This document shows positions 60,051 to 64,000 of a stretch of DNA of 64,000 bases, in pieces. Location: positions 204,475 to 268,474 of the forward strand of contig CAZSVO010000002.1 of the NCBI GenBank assembly GCA_964610325.1, written 5' to 3'. Origin of the DNA: an uncultured Candidatus Izemoplasmatales bacterium. Its GTDB lineage: Bacteria > Bacillota_I > Bacilli_A > Izemoplasmatales > Hujiaoplasmataceae. The notes beneath the pieces were generated by a model. The model saw nothing but the letters and a program-made list of their open reading frames with translations. It did not search any database and was not told where the DNA came from. The first letter of the stretch is position 1; each line of letters opens with the position of its first letter. Position numbers and translations under genes: made by a program.

Positions 60051-61460
60051 ATGTCTAATTACTTACTGATTGATTTTGGATCAACATTCACGAAATTATG
60101 TGCAGTAGATTCAATAAATGAAAGTGTTATTGGGACTGCTTCTTATTCAACAACAGTAGAAACAGATATTACAATTGGTTATCATAAGGCTTTAGAAATG
60201 CTTTTTGATAAAATAGGAAAAGTGATAGATTTCGAGCAGGTTATTGCCTGTTCTTCAGCAGCTGGCGGCCTAAAAATGGCCGCTATTGGTCTAGTGAAAG
60301 AACTTACTGTAGAAGCAGCTAAAAGAGTTTGTCTTGGCGCAGGAGCTAAAGTCGATTTAGTCTTTTCACATCATCTCAATAAGTCCGAAGTAAATCAAAT
60401 CGTTGAGAAAAAGATTGATATAATTCTCTTGGCGGGAGGATCAGATGGCGGGAACTTTGAATCGGTTATCTATAATGCAAGACTCTTAGGTAAGGCAGGG
60501 ATAAAGGTTCCAATTGTTTATGCAGGAAACAAATCTGCTCAAGATGAAATTAAAGAGATTTTTGATGAATATCAAATCAATGGTTATATTTGTGAGAATG
60601 TTATGCCTGAAATCAATGTTTTAAATATTGAAAGTGCTAAGGAACAAATTAGGGAAATTTTTCTGAAGCAGATTATTGAGGCAAAAGGCATAAAAAAAAT
60701 CGAAGAACAAATCAACAAGGTTATACTACCAACACCCCTAGCTGTTTTAGAAGCTGCTAAATTGCTTTCTGAAGGCTATCTTAATGAGAAAGGTTTAGGG
60801 GAAATAGTTGTTGTTGACATCGGAGGAGCAACCACAGATATCTACTCAATCTGCACTACTACTAAAAGGTCTGATGTTATAATCCAAGGATTAGAAGAAC
60901 CTTTTGCAAAAAGGACTGTTGAAGGTGATTTGGGCATGCGCTATTCAGCTTTGGGAATAATTAAATCACTTTCAGAAAGAGAAATTAACTTTATCAAAGA
61001 AGACAAAAAGATAGACATTATTGAGGAAGTGAAGAAAAGATATAATAACGTTACTTTTTTACCTGAGAATGAGCATGACGAGTTGGTTGAAAAGTTTTTA
61101 GCAGAGATTTGTGCTTATCGAGCAATGCACAGACACTGCGGGAAAATTACTGAAGTATTGACTCCAATGGGTAAAGTTTATAATCAAATAGGTAAAGATT
61201 TATCAGAAATAAATTATGTTATTGGAACAGGTGGAATTATAATTAAATCAAAATACAAATATGATATTTTAAAACAAACAACCAATATTTTGAATAACCC
61301 AATCGAATTAAGACCAATTGAGCCTGATTACTTAATCGATTCCGAGTATATTATGGCAGCGATGGGCCTTTTGTCTAAGATAGAACCGATGTTGGCCTTG
61401 AGGATAATGAAAAAATATTTAGTGAACATTAGAGGTAATACTGATGAACTTAGTGAATAA
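60051..61460 (+). CDS. glmL: Glutamate mutase component L (MutL/GlmL chaperone-reactivase)
   Basis: 469 aa. ASKHA-like N-terminal [12 protein letters not shown]. Canonical position between glmS and glmE. Confidence 0.8.
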   Translation: MSNYLLIDFGSTFTKLCAVDSINESVIGTASYSTTVETDITIGYHKALEMLFDKIGKVIDFEQVIACSSAAGGLKMAAIGLVKELTVEAAKRVCLGAGAKVDLVFSHHLNKSEVNQIVEKKIDIILLAGGSDGGNFESVIYNARLLGKAGIKVPIVYAGNKSAQDEIKEIFDEYQINGYICENVMPEINVLNIESAKEQIREIFLKQIIEAKGIKKIEEQINKVILPTPLAVLEAAKLLSEGYLNEKGLGEIVVVDIGGATTDIYSICTTTKRSDVIIQGLEEPFAKRTVEGDLGMRYSALGIIKSLSEREINFIKEDKKIDIIEEVKKRYNNVTFLPENEHDELVEKFLAEICAYRAMHRHCGKITEVLTPMGKVYNQIGKDLSEINYVIGTGGIIIKSKYKYDILKQTTNILNNPIELRPIEPDYLIDSEYIMAAMGLLSKIEPMLALRIMKKYLVNIRGNTDELSE

Positions 61461-62907
61461 GAAGTTAACAGAAGAAGAGTTTCTTGAACAAAGAAAAGAA
61501 GTTCTTAAAGCATGGCCAACAGGTAATGATGAAGATTTAGATTTTGAAAGAGCTATTGATTACTTAAAAAAGCTTCCAGAGCATAAGAATTTCGCTTTGG
61601 TATTGAATCGAGCTAAGGCTGATAATGATACATTGATTCAACCAAGAGCAGGTGTTCCTGTTTTAGAAGAGCATATTAAACTACTCAATTATTTGGAAGA
61701 TTCTGGAGCTGATTGTCTCCCATCAACGATTGATAGCTATACGAGACAAAATCGTTATAATGAGGCTCAAAAAGGTTTAGAAGAGTCAATAAGTCTTAAA
61801 AGGGCACTTCTAAATGGGTTCCCCGTGGTTAATCACGGAGTTCAAAATTGTAAAAAAGTTACTGAATCAGTTAACAGACCACTAGAAGCAAGACATGGCA
61901 CACCAGATGCAAGGTTATTGTCTGAGATTATTCATGCGGCTGGATGGACATCTAATGAAGGTGGCGGAATTTCATATAATATACCATACGCAAAAAATGT
62001 ACCGTTGGAAGTATCGATAAGAAATTGGCAATATGTAGACCGTTTGGTTGGTTATTATGAGGATAGAGGTGTTAAGATAAATCGTGAACCTTTTGGTCCT
62101 TTGACTGGAACTTTGGTTCCACCATCTATTTCTAACTCAGTCATGATTATCGAAGCATTGTTAGCAGCGGAACAAGGAGTTAAAAATATTACTGTGGGTT
62201 ATGGAATGGGTGGAAATCTTATTCAAGATGTAGCTGCAGTTCACGCTCTTTATGATCAAACAATAGAATATCTTGAATATTATGGTTATAAGGGTATGGA
62301 GATATCTACAGTATTCCATCAATGGATGGGAGGATTTCCAGCGGATGAATCTGAAGCAATGGCTTTGATATCTTATAGTTCTTCAGTAGCTGCTTTATCG
62401 AAAGCAACTAAGCTTATCACAAAATCGCCACATGAATCTGTTGGAATTCCGACAATGGAAGCTAATGGATTAGGAGTGAAAGCTTCAAAGTTCATTGTCA
62501 ATATGTTAAAAGATCAAAGTATTTCAGAAAGTGAAGATCTTTTGTTAGAAATGGAGCAAATTAAAAAAGAAGTTAAATCATTATTGGAGGTTGTTTATCA
62601 AGTTGGTGAAGGAGATTTAGCTGTTGGAACAGTTAGAGCTTTTGAACAAGGGTTGTTGGATATCCCATTTGCGCCAAGTAGATATAATGCAGGAAAAGTA
62701 TTTCCGGCTAGAGATAATGATGGGAGAATCCGAATTCTTGATTTCGGAAATTTAGCTATGGATGAAGATATTAAAGCATTTCATTATGGAAAGATTAAGG
62801 CGCGCGCTGATTCAGAGAATCGAGAGGTATCATTTCAGCTAACTGTTGACGATATCTATTCTGTCAGCAAAGGAAAATTAATAGGAAGGCCCCTGAGGAA
62901 ACAATAG
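61444..62907 (+). CDS. glmE: Glutamate mutase epsilon (catalytic) subunit
   Basis: 487 aa. N-terminal colinearity with clostridial GlmE ([19 protein letters not shown]...DYLKKLP..KNFA...QPRAGV). Confidence 0.9.
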   Translation: MNLVNKKLTEEEFLEQRKEVLKAWPTGNDEDLDFERAIDYLKKLPEHKNFALVLNRAKADNDTLIQPRAGVPVLEEHIKLLNYLEDSGADCLPSTIDSYTRQNRYNEAQKGLEESISLKRALLNGFPVVNHGVQNCKKVTESVNRPLEARHGTPDARLLSEIIHAAGWTSNEGGGISYNIPYAKNVPLEVSIRNWQYVDRLVGYYEDRGVKINREPFGPLTGTLVPPSISNSVMIIEALLAAEQGVKNITVGYGMGGNLIQDVAAVHALYDQTIEYLEYYGYKGMEISTVFHQWMGGFPADESEAMALISYSSSVAALSKATKLITKSPHESVGIPTMEANGLGVKASKFIVNMLKDQSISESEDLLLEMEQIKKEVKSLLEVVYQVGEGDLAVGTVRAFEQGLLDIPFAPSRYNAGKVFPARDNDGRIRILDFGNLAMDEDIKAFHYGKIKARADSENREVSFQLTVDDIYSVSKGKLIGRPLRKQ

Positions 62908-62910
62908 ATT

Positions 62911-64000
62911 ATGAGAATAGTAGATGTTGTATTATCAAAGTCATACACTGGATTTTTCTTTGATGATCAAAAAGCAATTAAAAATGGAGCCGTAAATGAT
63001 GGCTTCTTTTATGTAGGGAAACCTATGATTGATGGTTTTTCAAATATTAGACAAAGAGGAGAAGCGATATCCATTCAATTGATTCTTGAAAATGGAGAAA
63101 TCGGACTAGGCGATTGCGCTGCAGTTCAGTATTCAGGAACTGGAGGAAGAGATCCTTTGTTTTTGGCAGACGATTATATTCCATTTATCGAAAAACACCT
63201 TGTGCCTAAGTTAATTGGATTAGAAACAAGTCGTTTTCGAGTTTTAGCAGAAGAATTTGACAATCTAGAGGTTAATGGCAAGAGACTTCATACAGCAATA
63301 CGTTATGGTTTAACGCAAGCATTCTTATCAGCAACAGGCAAAACATTGAAGTTGACTATGGCAGAAGTAATCAGGAAAGAGTATAATATAGATGATTTAG
63401 AGTTTACAGAAGTTGCAATTTTTACTCAGAGTGGAGATGACCGATATTTAAATGTCGACAAAATGATTATTAAAGAAGCTGATGTTCTACCACACGCTTT
63501 GATAAATAATGTTGAGACAAAACTTGGAAGACAAGGTGAAATACTTAAAGACTATGTAAATTGGCTGAGAAATAGAATAATCAGACATCGAAGTCGTGAA
63601 GACTACAATCCGATTATGCATATTGATGTTTATGGCACAATTGGAATAGCTTTTAACAATGATTTAGAAAAAATTGTTGATTATCTTCTTGTTTTGGAAC
63701 AAACAGCACAGCCTTTTAAAATCAGGATTGAAGGCCCTATTGATGGCGGAAATAAAAAAGACACGATCGAGTATTTAAAGAAGTTGACTTCAATGCTTGA
63801 TGAAAGAAATTCTAGTTTGGAGATTGTTGCGGATGAATGGTGTAATACTTTGGAAGATATCATTGATTTTGCAGATCACCGAGCTGGACATATGCTTCAA
63901 ATCAAAACTCCAGATTTAGGAGGAGTAAATAATATTTGTGAAGCTATTATCTATTGTAATCAAGCTGGTATTGGTAGTTATTGCGGTGGGACATGTAATG
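62911..64000 (+). CDS. mal: Methylaspartate ammonia-lyase (beta-methylaspartase), 3'-partial at the window end
   Basis: N-terminal MRIVDVVLSKSYTGFFFDDQKAIKNGA...GDCAAVQYSGTGGRDPLF closely matches clostridial MAL (MKIVDVLCTPGLTGFYFDDQRAIKKGA...GDCAAVQYSGAGGRDPLF). Enolase-superfamily. Open to the window end. Confidence 0.9.
   Translation, partial: MRIVDVVLSKSYTGFFFDDQKAIKNGAVNDGFFYVGKPMIDGFSNIRQRGEAISIQLILENGEIGLGDCAAVQYSGTGGRDPLFLADDYIPFIEKHLVPKLIGLETSRFRVLAEEFDNLEVNGKRLHTAIRYGLTQAFLSATGKTLKLTMAEVIRKEYNIDDLEFTEVAIFTQSGDDRYLNVDKMIIKEADVLPHALINNVETKLGRQGEILKDYVNWLRNRIIRHRSREDYNPIMHIDVYGTIGIAFNNDLEKIVDYLLVLEQTAQPFKIRIEGPIDGGNKKDTIEYLKKLTSMLDERNSSLEIVADEWCNTLEDIIDFADHRAGHMLQIKTPDLGGVNNICEAIIYCNQAGIGSYCGGTCN

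Overview
This is a low-GC (~30%) chromosomal segment with standard genetic code (TGA is a stop) and Firmicutes-like gene order (yaaA-recF-gyrB-gyrA).

- **1-20.9 kb, pectin/galacturonate utilisation locus.**
  - Plus-strand operon: membrane protein, GH28, eda, kdgK, IclR regulator, TIM-barrel isomerase, kduI, kduD.
  - Convergent minus-strand operon: UxaE-like, PfkB kinase, gnd, SDR, LarA-like. This suggests an alternative hexuronate route to 6-phosphogluconate that bypasses mannonate dehydratase.
  - Then GH105, a CUT1 ABC importer, and three uncharacterised secreted/lipoproteins.
- **21.0-26.8 kb.** A 1961-aa surface lipoprotein with three GLUG-like and Flg_new ('Listeria-Bacteroides') repeat modules.
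- **27-37 kb.** GNAT, GH4 with a coupled unknown ORF, NfeD-flotillin, an ArsR-PLDc_N-ABC2 module, and a 2-TM channel-like protein with RCK-like domains.
- **37.3-48.6 kb (minus strand).** Cupin, MBL hydrolase, gyrA, gyrB, recF, yaaA, mfd, SDR.
- **48.7-50.5 kb.** A strong promoter and a putative lysine (L-box) ON riboswitch are separated from their operon by an IS110-family insertion. The IS carries a C-terminally frameshifted transposase and a structured left end that is a bridge-RNA candidate.
- **50.5-59.5 kb, complete lysine fermentation operon.** MaoC hydratase, atoDA, kal, kce, kdd, kamA, a BioD-like P-loop ORF with no canonical start, kamDE, PduO adenosyltransferase.
- **59.6 kb to the window end.** Glutamate mutase and methylaspartase operon (glmS-glmL-glmE-mal).

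A 20-bp perfect palindrome in the divergent pectin promoter region recurs with altered spacing upstream of GH4.
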